Notes under the pieces: model-generated
Told to the model about the DNA's origin: nothing
The model's database searches: none
Seen by the model: only the letters and a program-made list of their open reading frames with translations
Assembly: GCA_977016875.1 (NCBI GenBank)
Contig: CDRNST010000028.1
Span: forward strand, 1,488,001 to 1,552,000
Direction: 5' to 3'
DNA from: Pavona decussata
Taxonomy: Eukaryota
DNA length: 64,000 nucleotides
Shown here: positions 47,101 to 62,100 of the stretch, piece after piece
How the letters are laid out: each line of letters begins with the position of its first letter
Numbering within the stretch: the stretch's first letter is position 1
Made by a program: the position numbers and the translations under genes

Positions 47101-50100
47101 GAAAGGGAAATATGACCACTGGCGACTGACAAACTATCATTACTCACCTATTGCGAATCCACCAAATAATTCAATGTCTTTGCCTCCAAGAAGTTCTCTG
47201 AAATTCGCGTAAAAACAAGGTTTGTTGTCAGCTAGCAGTCTCGTAGATCAAGACAGAAATGCTTGCTCTGGAAAGAAACGAAACAGGATCGAAAATCGAT
47301 GAGTCAATGTAAAATTCACGTTGGCTCCCCGCTGAAAAGAGGTTAATATAACATTAAAATCGTTAGAGATTCACGGCTAGAGATCTGGAGCAATGTTGGT
47401 TCCTCTTACCTCCCTTACTAAAAGATTGTAGCGTCCATTGCTCTTCGCCTCCTATAATTGTTTTTACCCCGGTATATTAAACTTGGAACGGCACGGGAAG
47501 ATGGAGTTTTGTTATTTTAATCAGAGGAGGCGGGGTAGGATTCCAGATGCTGCCGCACTGAATTTTGCGGCAATGTTCTAAACCTCTCAAAAGGCAACTG
47601 TTATTAAATTCGCTTTCAATAATTCCAAATTGTCGAGAGTGTTTATTTCAACAACTTTTTGTGAAGGATCTCATCAATTCTAATTTGCACCACTTTAGCA
47701 GTGTAATAATTTAAGAAGCGAATATTTTGCCAATTATCTCATATATAGAGTTGTATTTGCATGCAAAAGGAACTTCCAGAACGCTATGCGGAACACGTTT
47801 CAAAGGAACTCAATCTTTGAAGGAAAGCTAGTGATATTGAGACAGTACTGAAAAACGTTCAACTGAGACAACAGAGTTCCATTGAATAGCGAAACCGAAT
47901 ATTTTACCTTTCTTAAAAGAAAATTTCAAGCCAGGCTGATGGTCATTCAAAACAAAAGCATACAATTTAACTTTTCAATCGCCCTTTCAAGATTCCGACT
48001 ATCAGTGGAAAAGAAGTAATTAGTTGTAATTAACAAGATCGATTTCAGTGGTTGAAAACGAACATTAACTAAAACGTTTGTTCTGCCACAGGTCATAAGT
48101 TTACAATCAATAGCAAATTTCAATATTTATATTTGCAACTCTATTATGGTTAAACATGGGCTTCCGCGCATTTGATTTTTGGGTTTTGAATTTTTTGTTT
48201 AAAGTTGATAATTGAAGCTTTTTCATTCGTTCTTCCAAGGTGAATAAATGTCGATATTTTTACTTTGTAAACCATTTATCGTGTTCACTCATGCACTCTG
48301 CTTTCGTCGATTCCTTTTCTTTTGAAAAGACAAACACAATTCATTTGTAGTATTTATTGGCTTTACGGAACCCACCTTTTCAAAATTGCGCTGTTATGAA
48401 TTTGGTTGCAATAAAAAGTGACAGAACCATCAAATCAGGACCGAAAATCGGACGGATTAAAGTACTCTGTCCCTGCGAATTTTACTTCTGAGAGCTTTCC
48501 GGAAATTAAATCAAATCCGAATTTTATTAGTTCCTTTTTCGTTTGCTCGTTTGTTCTTAATACGGCGTCCAAAGGCCAGACAAGTCAACGCTACTTTTAA
48601 TGTAAAAGCAACAATTATAAGCTGACTGAACACGGAGGGCGCGCGTTAATTATCGGGCTATCGAGTACATTACTAACACAAAGTCAGACCAATTCATATC
48701 GTTTGCGAATCCAATCAATTTTGTTTTTATAAACATGATTATTTTGATAAAAACAAAAATTTGTCCATACCTTTCAAGCGATCGCAGGTTTTTTCTCATG
48801 AAACGGCTGCTCAGGCTACTAACTAGAATAGATATTATGGGTGCTCGACTAGAGAAAGATCTTTTCAAAATGTCTCCCTTACAGGCCGGTGTGTAAAGAG
48901 CAAAGCAAAGCGCCTATTACCGGAAAGGAAAGCAGGCCGATTCGTATAAATTGCAATCAGACATAGATCAACGATTGACCGAAATGGAAACTACTATACA
49001 TATCAATTAACCCTCGCTAATTTTGGCACACTCCTGTCAACGCGGTAAATTTTCATAAACGGATCAGCGTCTTAAATCCTTGCCTGTGATAATTGCAGTG
49101 ACATTTTCTGGGGGCCAAACAGTGTGACCGCTTTTCGGAAGGCATAAAAATTAGTTAAGTCCTTATTAGTTGCTCCATGTGCAATTCGCCAATCACTAAA
49201 GGAACTTCTCTTGCAGTATTTAACACGTTTAAACAGCATACAGAGTTTAATAAAAACCACCATACGTTTTGGCCACTCCAGACTGTGCCGTGACTTCTAC
49301 ATTAAATTTTAGCCAACTTACCTATTTAAACTTAACACTCAAATCCCGGGAAGTTCTCTGTTGATCGTCACTCTGAGGCACAGAATGAACACAGGAAACT
49401 TTTAACTCTAGGCGTTGAATAAAACTTAAAATGCACACCTACTACTTGTTTCGAATGTCAACAATGTTTAAGGCTCCTGAATGTTTGCGTTCCTCTCGTG
49501 ATACGTGATTTTTACCCCACAATATTCGTCTCAAGGTCAATAAGACGAATACCACATCAACATGCTTGTCAATAGACCTACTTTATACAGGACACGCAAG
49601 GTTATTTCTGGAGAGTTTTCATGCACAGATCCAAATAAATCCAGAGCAAAATTTAACAGCAGTTTACTCGTCTTCCTTCTTTTTGCATTTTTTGGATTAT
49701 ATCCAAACCAAACGCGTTTGAAAGGACACTGGTTTGGTTAAAAAACGTGACATAAACGTGTTTCACGATCCGAGAGCGTGTTCAGATAGTTCCGGCTTAA
49801 AAGGCCATAGATTAAGGCATTGCTGAGAGTAGAGTTACTGGCTGGTATGGCACTGATCTAAACTATATGCTCGCATGATACTTCCAAAATCTGACAAGGC
49901 TTAAAATCGCAAGAAACACAAGCCAGTCCAAGTGGACTGGAACAAGCATATCAAAGGACAATCGAATCACGATAGAAATCTCTCTACTTGTAAACGACGC
50001 TGTCTTCAGTCCCTTCCAGAGCCACGAGAATCGCTGACAATGCTTCGGCTTCTTTGTGTAAATTTCATCTTCCCAGCCAAACCAGCCCTGGGAGTGGTCT

Positions 50101-53100
50101 TGTCGATTAAATTCTTGAAAATTTTTTCTTTCACTGTGATTAAATTGAGACACGCCCCAAGTTGCTGCAATTTCTAAAACTGAAATGAAATGTCTCGTGA
50201 TTTTTCAAGTCCATCAGTTGTAGTATACTCTTAAGTACCTCAAAGGATTACTCTGTCTTACAGAAGCGCTTAAACAGCTTTCTATTACAAGTCTGACGAG
50301 CTGTGCAATCATTGTGCCTCTCAAAAAGCTTTTTAGAGCCCTACAGGGCTCGGCAAACTAGATTAGCTCAGTCCAGGGAAGTTATTTAACTGTAAACCTT
50401 GCCGAATCTTCTTGTAGTTTGATTTGTCATTTATCGAGAACTGAATGTGCAAACAGTGAGTGTTTTCTTAGTTCGTGCGCATAAATACCTTTCGGGTACA
50501 AAAAATAACAAAATCCTCTTGGAAATTTAGTACCAGATAAAATTCTTTGTCCTCTTTTTGTTTTCGGCACATCCCTAAATTCTATAGCTGCCAAATTCTT
50601 TCAAATTTAAAAACGTTCAGCCATCTAGTTTTGTACAGTGCATATATAAAAATGTAACCTTTTGTACGTTCCCTCTTGGCAACTAAAAAATCCTCGGGTA
50701 CATTAACGCAAGATGTGAAAAAACGATACATAAATTGCGTTACTGCAACGTTCTGTCGCATTTTCCCGACTTCACTTGTAAACCATTTTTTTTTGTTATC
50801 GATTGAGAGGAAGCATATGCATTAATTCGGGCTTATAGCCTCTTTCGAAAATTGAACCGTATTATAAACGATGTTTAAAAGCGTTCAGACAATTCCATAC
50901 TTTATAAATCAAACAAGCTGATCCCTTTTACTTTAAAGATATAAAATAAAGTGAAGAGTAAAAAAAGTTTGCCTCAGAATAATACGCCATAAATAACAAT
51001 CAGTGTATTTTAAGCAAGGGACGCGAATGTACGTAAGTTACACCGGAAGCATTTTGAAACCTTCAAGCACTCTGTCAAAGTTTGTATTGTACGTTGGTTC
51101 TTGACCGATTCGCTGAGAGCCTGATTGCATTCAGGTAACGAAATAGCATTAGAAGGTCGAGCAGTTCAGTCTTCTATCTGTTGCTATAACAGACACGTGG
51201 ATCTAAGTCAGTTTAAATTGTAAAGGATTTCATAGTAGTGTCATGCACGCACTTTAGAATTGTCCCTCAGATAGATAGAGCTGGAGTAGCGCTTTACTCG
51301 AACCGAGCTCAATGTCAACACGCTTTAAGACTCGCTTCAAAACACATACGCATAGGAACCGTAATATATTTGTAAAACCAGCCTGTATTTATTAAGAGAG
51401 CAAAAAGCGAAGAAACATGCTAAGAAAAACGTCAAGTGGTGCTTTTTTCTGAGCGAAGAACGGTCTGGCTAAGTGACACGTGCAGAGAGCAATTCAAGTT
51501 TGCATCTTGATGAAGTTCCTTGTTTAATCTCACAAGGGAAAAGTTTTGTCAGATTACACTGAACGCACTTTCGCTCAAATTATTCATACACAACCCTTCT
51601 CCAGTTCAGTGGTACAAAAGCTGAATGCCCGCAAAACTAATTGACCGAAGAGTTTAGTGTTACGTGACAAGTAGACTGCGGTTTAGTTTTTCCAAGCACC
51701 TGACCGAACGTGTCGTTTAAAACTCAGGTTTCTTTCCTCAGAAACTAGCCATTACTTTGGAGAACTGTTTAATGTTTTTTCTACAACAACATGGCATATT
51801 GTGAAGGAATAATCCACAGGAACACCTTTAGTTTCAATGCACTCTGTGTCGATAACTTGACATCCTCAAAAGAAAGACGGACATCCACGAGATCACTGGC
51901 GAACAGGTTCATGTCAACCGTTTCAATCGCTTTTCAATAACGCACGTGTTGGTAATACCGGACAGGGACTCAATCGTATTGTTTCGATTGTGAAGCATTT
52001 TAGAACTTGCGCTTAATGTTATATCCTACATTATTCACTGCTTTTGCTCCCGACTTCCTAAAAAGGTGTTCAAGATGAATAGAGGCTAAGCGCAATTGTA
52101 AGTGAGCCGTATACCTTGAATTCAGTTCCAGACAGTACATGTAAGTTTACCCAGTTGACCGGTACTACTCTCTCCTTTTCGACTTCACTTTATTCAGATT
52201 TTCATAGTGCTACGTTTTAACTAAGTGAATTTAATCTGCTAGCTAACAAAATTGCAACTGAATCCCCGTTTTCAGTTAAAATCATGGTCTTATCACTAGG
52301 ACACTTAAAACCCCGCGGGCTTATACAAACTTGAAATTATAACGTGTCATGGAAGGCGACCCATCCCGAATAAATACAGCTAAAACAAGACGTAACTTAA
52401 ACAAACTAAAACGAGCAATAAGATGTAAGAAGGAATACCTTTCTTGTCTAATTTCTTCTGCCGCTGCGTCAGTTCAAGCAAGACCTAATCGAGTCGTCTG
52501 ATAAATATGTACATGTAGTTTTGACTACAATTCATTACCAAACAACTGCATCAACTGCTCGTTTTGTAAATTTATGCAAAGAGTTTTTCTTAAGACTTCC
52601 TTATCAGAAAGCTGTGAAATTTTTGTCATATATCAACCCTGGAGGCTGCATGAAGCTTCTAGGAAATCTCTTTGGTCATAAAGTAGTGGAAATATTAAAA
52701 ACGAACTGGTTAATTATTTCAGGCTTCACAACCTTTGTCAGAAAATACGACGCAAATAACTTATCATCTTAAATAATCTTTTGTTTGAGGTAATTTATCA
52801 AGCCGAGGAAAAACAAATGTGTAAAATGTTATAAGGCTTTGTTTGTTAAGGCTCTGTACCATAAAGAACGGAATTTACCAAACGCCGGAAAATGACATCA
52901 ATCTTCGAGAAAATTCTCTCTTACAAAAGCGATATCGATTTTGAAAGTTTAAAGAGAAAAGCTTCCCGGTGACAAAAGCGAGATAGATTTTGAAGTTAAA
53001 AGTTAAGGTTATTTGATTAAGAAATAACTTTTGTAGAGCTACATACGCCAAAAGAGAAGGAAATGTTTAATGAAAAATCCATGGAAGACAAAACATCAAC

Positions 53101-56100
53101 TCAAAAGGAGAAAGCTCTTTTTCTGAAATGTTGAGTAATAAACTTTCCGATATTTCATTGAAAAGATAGTAAATACTTGAGATATTCCCAACCAAACGTA
53201 ACATACTTGTAAACACTGACAGTATATTGACTGGCGAACGTGTTTAAAGATCTTAAGATGTTTATTTCACAAACAATTTAGAAGTCAAAGGCTCTGAAAC
53301 GTTTGTTTTGAGTTCATTTGTTTGAAGACTGTTGTACAAGAATAAATTGAACAAAACGTGATGGATTTCTAAAACTAAGCACAATATCGACTTGCTACTG
53401 AATCAACGAATTATAGGTTTTTAAAACAATTAAGTTGGAAAATAATGCCTAATATTCAATGTTGAGTTAAAGATCGTCTTTATAAACAATTCGATGTTCT
53501 TTGATTGTGAATCTTTTCTCGAAAACGTTGAACGAAATTTGCATCATAAAGCGGGAGACAGGAGTTTAGTTGTTTAACTTCAAGCGATTTTACCGCGCTT
53601 CTATTCAGTTGCACCACTTATTCTTTAATTTCTCTGTGAAAGTCGTATATCGTGTTTGTTTAACGTTTCCTTTTTTTATTTTGAAGACTTAGCAGGCAGC
53701 CAAAGTGACTGCGCCCAGTGCCGAACAAATAAACGGCACACAACAAGGGAATCTATAACTGGGTTCGGAAAATGTTTGTCGATAATAACACTGAGTTTAA
53801 TCAAAAGGTTGGGCTAGTTTGCTAAGGGAGGAAAAAAGAAAGATGGCCGTTTTCAAAGCCTACCGACAATTAGCCGGGAAAAAATAAGTGGACACGAGAA
53901 TTCTGTCGGAACTTTGAACAGTTCTTTGAAATGAAAATTAGACCGATTCCTTAGATGCTTTGGCCAATTTGGAAAAGCTTGCCGCATTTCGACATAATGA
54001 ATTTTTCATCAGCAAACCAGCGTTTGAGAGGCGGTAGTGGGCGCTTAGAGTTGCTTGATAAAACCGCCATAAAATCAAGATAGAATTAAAATTGGTTTGA
54101 ATAGTATTCAACAGAGGGGAACTTTATTTATCTTTTTCGTTTTATCTTCTTAGTTTACACAAAAATGAAGCTATCCACGGGTAGCATAAGAAAACGACTC
54201 CATCAGTATAAAGTTCCTTCTTATTCCTCGCCTTAATAGTTTATAAACTTTGCACTTCAGCTTTATGTATCTTTACGATCTCGAATCGTATGCTTCAACA
54301 ATCAGCCACTTTATATTTATCATTTTTTACTCTGACTTCAATTCACCTGCAGACCAACCAGTTCAAAACATAAACAACAATTCGGCAGAGGAAACTTAAA
54401 ATCTTTGCCGGCTGTTCACACGATAAAGCTGCCATATACAGAGGAACCAGAGCGCTTAGTTGTCCGATTGATCTTAATTATACCCTGGGTTAAAACATGC
54501 CCCGTCAAATGCCCTGCATGGGTACTTTAACCTTAATTATGAAAAATTTTCTCTTTCAATACCTAACTCCTTGTTCATTTCTTTGTAGCTTGAACGTTTC
54601 ACTTGAATTCATACAAGACGCCGAAGACTCTCTTTCTTCTGATTTAGTCTAGCGAGTGGAGTGAAACTTTTTAATTAATTTTCTGTTCACTGGCGTGACT
54701 GCTTTGTGGACAGAATATACAGCTTTTTCATTCGCGTGTTCCAACCTAAACTGCACTTTCTAATTGTCGGCTCGAAGGTGTATAATCTTATTATCGAGCA
54801 CATAAGCTTCAAATAAAATACACCTGTACCAACAATGACTTTCTTCCACACGCCAAAGAAAACGACGCATAGTTTCATTCTTTAGCAGTTGCGTCTGCGC
54901 CCAGGCATGGTGGAAAACGCAGTAGTTTCGTTAAAGCCAAAACAAGAAAAACAAAAAAAAGATGAAAACAGTTCATGGCCTCTGAAAACCATGAAACCAG
55001 CGGGGAATGTTTATTTTGTGATGAGGTCTAAGACGATATAAAGCGCTTAGTTTATCAATTCTTGTTTTGAAGGATTACTTTACATTTTGAAGTATGACGG
55101 GTTGTTGCTTTTAAGTAAACATTTGAGCTCCAGTTGTGCAAACGTTGGGTTCAACATTCCAACAAACTTTACCGTTAGGTTGTTTTTGAAACGAGATATA
55201 ATATTTGATCTTTTTAAGACAAATACGCCGTGAATTGTTAAATAAATGGCAATGCTCTGAAGATAAACAGCCTAGCGGATTCTATGGTGCGATTACAAAC
55301 TTACTTTAGTTTGTCGTTTGCACTAGCAGTCATTTAATATCCATGGGAAAACACACCTTCATCATGGCTTTGAACAGAACATGGCAGCAAATATGAACCT
55401 CACGTCGTAGATTACAATCTGATGGCCATTCTGAATTTTTGTAGTCTACAAAAACGGCTTTCACAAGTAAGCAAAACTCCAAGAGCAATCGTTTGTTTGG
55501 TGTTGGAAAAATTTCATGCAAAGAAATATATTGCTCACGTACTTAGCAGAGTTTACACAGGTTAAACAGTAAGTATAAGTGAAATGAATCAAATCCACGC
55601 CGTTTAGCCGAGAAAAAAGCAATGCTAAATTTTTTTCATCCACTGAGCTAGTCAACGAGTTACAAAAACGGGTTACAATGGTCTGTGGAAGGCTAGTAAC
55701 CTGCGTCGCTAACTGATGAATATTTAAAAACTTAAATTCATATAGAAGTTGAAAGATGACGAAAAAAGAATTAAAAATTAATGCTGCGCACGCGAAAACT
55801 GGAAATATTTTTAAAAATAACGACGGGACTTGGGCATTTGGCTTGTACTCGACCAAAAACGTTTAAAAATGGGTTAAAGTAATTAAGTGATCCGTTTTTA
55901 TCTCCCGTGCGAAAACAGTGATCGGTTTAAACAAGAGTAACATTGACGGTGACGCTTCAAAGAGCCGCAAATCAACACGGCGAGAGCTAAATTGTTTAAA
56001 ATTAGCGCTCTGCGTGCGATGCGATAGCCGGGAAATGTCTGTTTTTCTTTGAAAATGTTTAGTTAAAGCATTACTCTTGCGAAGAGCAGGTTTCATTTAA

Positions 56101-59100
56101 GCTTGAAACTCGTTCAAAAGGATTAAAAATAATTCAGTTTGATCTCTCTGTTAAATGAAGGAAGGCAATTTAAGTGAGGAGTTAATATTTCTGAGAGAAA
56201 GAGAAAAAAAGTTCAATTTCCGAGCAAAACTCATAATCATCCAAACTACTACAGATGGCAAAACATTCAGATACCTTCGGCGAGCTTTTTATTGTTCCGG
56301 GTACTCATTTGCCGCCATAATTTCACTTTTATTGCGGTAATCAATTCGGCAATTATATCTTCTTGGTGTCAATAGAAACAATTTTATTAAAGTTTTAATT
56401 TAATTAGTAGCATGGAAAAATAAAGTCGATCGGTAAATTACGCCTCTAAGTACTCAACAACCGTGTACAGTGTTTAGATTGCGGGGATATTGTTTCAGTA
56501 ATAATTGTTAATATCCTAGCTCCCAACTCGGCGGTTCGCTTTGTTGGAAACGGAGAGAAATTTACATTATGCCAGTAAGATTTTAAACGGTTCGTTCTGC
56601 GCTCGAGACGGGAGTGAAACGAGCCCAACGCAAGAATGGTAGGACACGTTTTGGTGAAAGGCCGATGAGACACAATTCGCACGTTTCATGCGTTTGGTTT
56701 TAAAAACTTTCAAAGTGTTTTAATCGATCATACCGCAATGAACAGTCAAAACACGTCACCAAAAACACCGTATTAACCGGAAAACGGATGCTAGTGATAT
56801 TAGAGTCCTTCAAGATGAAGCGAACGCTTTCTGATGCAAATTATGCAATAAACTAATCAGCCATCTAATTTGTTCTTTTCTTGTCGCTTCGCAGACGGCC
56901 GAAATAAGACCAAGCCGACATTTAGGAACAAAGACCGAGCAATGAATATTCTCCAGTGACCCATATATTCAAAATGAACTACGCCGCATCGAAATTAACT
57001 CAATTAACCGTCACATTCTCAGAAAGCAGCTGCCCAATTCTGTGACTCGCACCTCGAACAATTGCATTTGAAGTTTCCCATTGTTTGGACTAATGACGGT
57101 CCACAAAGCTTCCAGTATCTCGGAGGCGTGAGCCGAAAAGCAATACTCGCTCCTCGCGCGCGAGGCACGGCCAAATGACCTACTGTGACTACTTTACATA
57201 TAAGGTAAAAGCGTGTTTGAACTCCTCTTCGAGTTGTCAGTCAATTGACACTTTGTGCACGCAACCGGTTAAGTCATCATACTGGATTCGCTGACCGCCG
57301 TAAACTGACAGTGAGTTTGCATTTCAATCACAACGTCCCTAACTTGGAATTAATTTTTTTACGCCGAGCTCTATTATTCAAATTTTTTTTCAGCCCGCGG
57401 TGTTGTTTCATGCAGTTAATTTTGCTGAGTGTGTGAGAAATACCTAGGCAGATTTGTTCCGCGGAAGAGCTGAGTTCCTTGAGAAGAAAGTCCGACTACT
57501 GCTGGAGAAAGGTTGGTATTATTCGTTCGAATGGTTTCCTATACGCTTCTTCAGGTAAATGGAAATTAAAACATTTGGCAAGAAAACAAGTCCATCGCGT
57601 GTTTCAACCTGGAAGTCAATGAAAAATGATAAATTTGTTCGACGTCATCTTAAGCAATGTTTTCAAAGTGTTGTTTAGCTTGGCTAAAAGCTCTCGTTCA
57701 GTCGCTTAAACGGTATCGTTGAGATAGCGTATATTGCTTCTAATATCATTCACAAGGAGCTTTTTAATTACTGCACAAGAGCATGTATACATTGATATTG
57801 GACTTAGTGCAGAAAAACGGGCAGAAATGTAGCAATGTAAGTACGATGTTGAGCCGTTTGCATCGCGCAAATGAAGTGTCAAATCGGTAGCACCAACTGA
57901 CCGTGTGGATAAATTGATTATTTGCAGAGACTTAACTGCTATTCAATTAATTGATAGTAAATGTCAGATCTAAATCCAGTATTTAGAAGGCTTCAATTTT
58001 AGTACAGCTAGTGTTTGACCAGCAAAATAATTGTATTCAGCACTGAAAACTAACCATCCAACAGTGCGAAGTCAATTTAACACTCCGGCAAGAAAACGCT
58101 CCTTGAACGAATGAGTCGTGGGTCAGTTGTCAAACACCGCTCGCCCTATTGATTCAATATTTAGTTAGGCTTCACTGCTCTTAATTCATGGCAACACCGT
58201 GGAAAACAAAATCCAACACTTTAAGGCATTGAAACCGTTAATGGGATAGACACCGGTTTTAAATCGCAACGATTCACAACAACAGCTCGTGCTCAAATCT
58301 ACCAACGTTGCAACAACAAAACGTCCCATCGAGACGCATTCATACGGCAGTATATGTCAAATCGGCTCTCGATTAACACAGCTTTTAATCGGATGAAAGC
58401 CCGATTTTTCTGAGCAATACTCAAAGTCAAACAAATTCGTGAAAAGAAACGTAGAGAAAACAGAGAAGATTGTGCAAATATTTTTTTCTCTCCCGTCGGC
58501 TAACTACTGGATAGTTGTATTCTTTGAATGTACTTAGCCATGAGGACAGGAAACGGATATATCACGCTGCTGGCCTCTCAGAAGAAAGAAATTCATTCAC
58601 GGAAACCACTTTGAGGAAACCTCTCAGCAACAACTATCGATAAACGTTTAAGGAACCAGTGAGGATAAAAAATGGCTAAACCTCGTCCGGTTTCAGAACG
58701 CGAATTTGTTATTGTGACGCGTTCTGTGTAGTCACGATGGTTTGTCGCCCTTGGGGAGGATGTTGTTTCCCATCTGTGGTACACCAGGACAAGGCGGTTG
58801 AACCCATGCCTGTTTTACCTAAAACAACACGCGGGCATGAGTCCAAAACCACTTTTTCCGTCGTCCATTCAGTAAATTTTTTCCTGTGGTATTCACGTAA
58901 TGTGTGTATTTGTCTTTATCGGCAGTGAAGCAGCAAGTGTCTTGAGAGGCTCACATAATTAGCCAAAGCATCAACGTCTAAATCCAATGATGCTATATTA
59001 TTATTTGTCTTGTCATTTCGCCGGGGTGTAACTTTACCGAACAAACATACACATTTTAGTTCCTTGTACACTTTAATAGGCTAAAAAGTTACGTTCGTGA

Positions 59101-62100
59101 AACATGTTTACCTCAGCCATTGAACCCATTGCGCTGTAAGGTGGAGCGTTCCCAGAGGAACAGATGGGAAATGTCGATGTTGAACTTGAGACATAACCAC
59201 TAGAAAATCTCAGCTTTGTCTGTGTCGAAAAAACGCAAGCAAATTTCGAGAGTTTATAACTATTAGAGGTTGTTGTTTCTTTTTCCCGTCTTTTGATTCA
59301 CCTAATGACAATCACGGAACGTCTTACTGAGAAGATGAATTATCTGTGAATCCTCCGTGGAGGTGCACTATAGGACACGAACATGCCTACCCTCATCGAT
59401 GCTGCACAATGTCAACTGAAGAAAACAGAAGAGTATTTTCAGAGACATTTTTGAAGTTGACACGAACTTTAGATTGAGTTGCATTCTATAACTCTGGAGG
59501 GAATTTTTTCCCATTAGAAGAGATCGGTGAGTCTTGTTATAGATATTTTCCTCGAACTAATTTTTTCAGTGTAGAATCTGTCGGGAGTTCTAGTTCTGCC
59601 AGTGAAGTCTAACGTTTCTCAGTCAGTAGCTGACTCTTTGCAGACATCGTTGAACACAGTGGCTGTGGTTGTGAAGTTACTATTTTTGTATCACGCTTGT
59701 GGTAAATTTTAATGGGAAATCCGGCTAAAGGAAATCCGTTGGATGAAGTTTCGTCACGGCAAAACAGACAGGCATGTTAGAGAACTGGGAAATATGGAAT
59801 TAGAAGTTCAGACAATTGTGAATTAGCTCCAGATCATGTGACTCAGAAGCTATCCTTTCCTTGATTTTCAGCAATTTTGTAAAACTTTAAGCTTGACTTT
59901 ACATTTTGTCCTGTGATGTACTGATAACATTGAACATATCGATGATATTTTTACCGTTTGTATATAGCTGAGTGACTTCAATGAAAGCCTAATTTTCAAT
60001 ATGGTGGATAATCAAAACTGAAAATCTCTACATCTTACTCTTTTATTGAAGAGGAACAGAGCGAATTCTGCTAGATCCAACCGTCGTAGACAAGTCTTTT
60101 ACAGTTAACTATTTTAAACAGATCTATAGTCACCCTTGAGGGAAACCATTTTGGAGTAAAGGAACTCAGATGCATAAGAGCGTCGCTATTTGGAATGATA
60201 CAGCTGGCCGGCGAAGACTGAAGACTTATAAACATCCAATTTTTTTTTATAAATTATAAGGCCAAAACTATGTCGTTTGAACCATCCTTATTTTCGTTAG
60301 AATTTTCTGTTTTGTCCTTTTCTCAAAGTAGAAGGGACTGAACAAAACAAATAGTGAAGTAGAACATCCATTGCAGGAATATTCTTATCCAACGACATTC
60401 TTGGGCTGCTAGGTCGCAAGATTAGAATTATTAACTGACTTCTTACCTTTTCATTGTGTAAATTGGACAAATGCGTTAAAAATTTGCGCTCAGAAAGGAA
60501 AGGAAAGGAAAAAAAAAAAGATTTACCACAGGGAAATAATTTTCAGAGGTCTCGTAATGTAGAGTTTCAGTTCACACACAGTACTCATACCGACCATGTC
60601 TCAAGGTTCGCATTTTAGCTATGTGAAGGGAAAGGTTTAATTATCTTAAGTCGGACTAGTATGAAATTTAGTGCATTTGAACTCATTGTCTTACGCGATG
60701 CAAAAGGCCACCGTTTGGTGCTTTGCGAAGTATTTGGTGAAAATACAATGGAATAACCCTAAACACTAAGCCTGGATTTCCCGAAACAGAAGCATAACTT
60801 GAGTCGTGTATTGTATTGTGAATCTCATATTTGATATGTGGATGTATTCCTCAAGTGTTATTGAACATTTAGTAAAGCGTTACTTTCTTGTGGAGTTTAT
60901 CGCTTCGTAATATTTGCAACATGACATTTTTTTCACATTTTTTGTTTATTTCCGCCAACTTGGCGTGTTCCTTGGTGCCAGAGGATTAAGCCTTACGTGC
61001 AAGTGCTTTACAAACCAGTTGTACTAGAAGTAGTACTAGTCAGCAAGGCACCAGCATTTTCCGGTATGCGGGTGAATCTTTGTAAATTTGTTTGCAGGAA
61101 GCAGTAATAGACTAACTTAGTTTCAGAAACCACATTATAAAACGGATTAATTTGAAGTAGTTTTGAGAATTTTGTGATGCAGGAGTGAAGGTGTTTGCGG
61201 AAACGCCCAGGGATAATGTTATTCAGAACCACTTTGTTCACCAGTTACCTTTAAATTCCACTTTGTTGATTGCTAAAAAAGGTTCTTGCTGACAAAATTG
61301 TCCGTTGGTCCTAAATGTGGAATGAACGTCTGCGCAGTACAGGGTTGTTGTGTGCCAACAATTTAGGAGACCCCGAGGATTTTTTGGCTTGGCGATGCTT
61401 TTTATTTTCCTGATTGAGATGGACTATTTTGGGAACTCGAATTGTTTATAGGATAGGTGGTTAAAGAAACCGAAGTCTGTAACCGAAGCATTGTGTGGTT
61501 TTTATGTTTTTGCAAACTTAATTAAGCGCTGAGTCTATCTGGTTGTTTCTTTTTTTTTAGTCTCTGAGGATCCAGAGTCATTACGGTTGCGTGTTTAATA
61601 AAGTGACTGTCTTTTGTCTGTTAGGCTTTTACATATACGTCTGCATGCAGTTACAGCACATCAGAAAGATGCTTTGTTTAGGGTTCTGTGGCTGTCTGAA
61701 AATCAGCTCACACCACTTTCTGAAGTAAGATATAGACTTTCTAAAACCAGCAACATAAAAAAGCTAATTTTGTCTTGATGAACAAGTTCTGGTGACCTCT
61801 AGAAAGAGAGATGTTTGTGCGTAAACATGTCGCGAACTCTTTAAAAATATGCAATCGTAAAAACACATTCGCTTATTTTACTTTTTACATTTAAAAAGTC
61901 TTAGAGCAAGAAGCAAGAATTTAAACTGATCGCCACCTTAAGTTCAGTGTGTTTTAGTTTAGTATTTATTAGTTGATCTACAGAATGTAAAATTTTGAAC
62001 CACCTTGAACTGGCTGCATTACTGAAAGCACAGCAAAAAGAATGCCACTCATAAGCTCACTACAAAGATCAAGCATCAGAACATTTTTCTTCCACAGACT

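Noticed and set aside
49863-50177. Overlapping 96-aa and 81-aa ORFs
   Set aside because: Non-ATG starts, no domain and no splice context.
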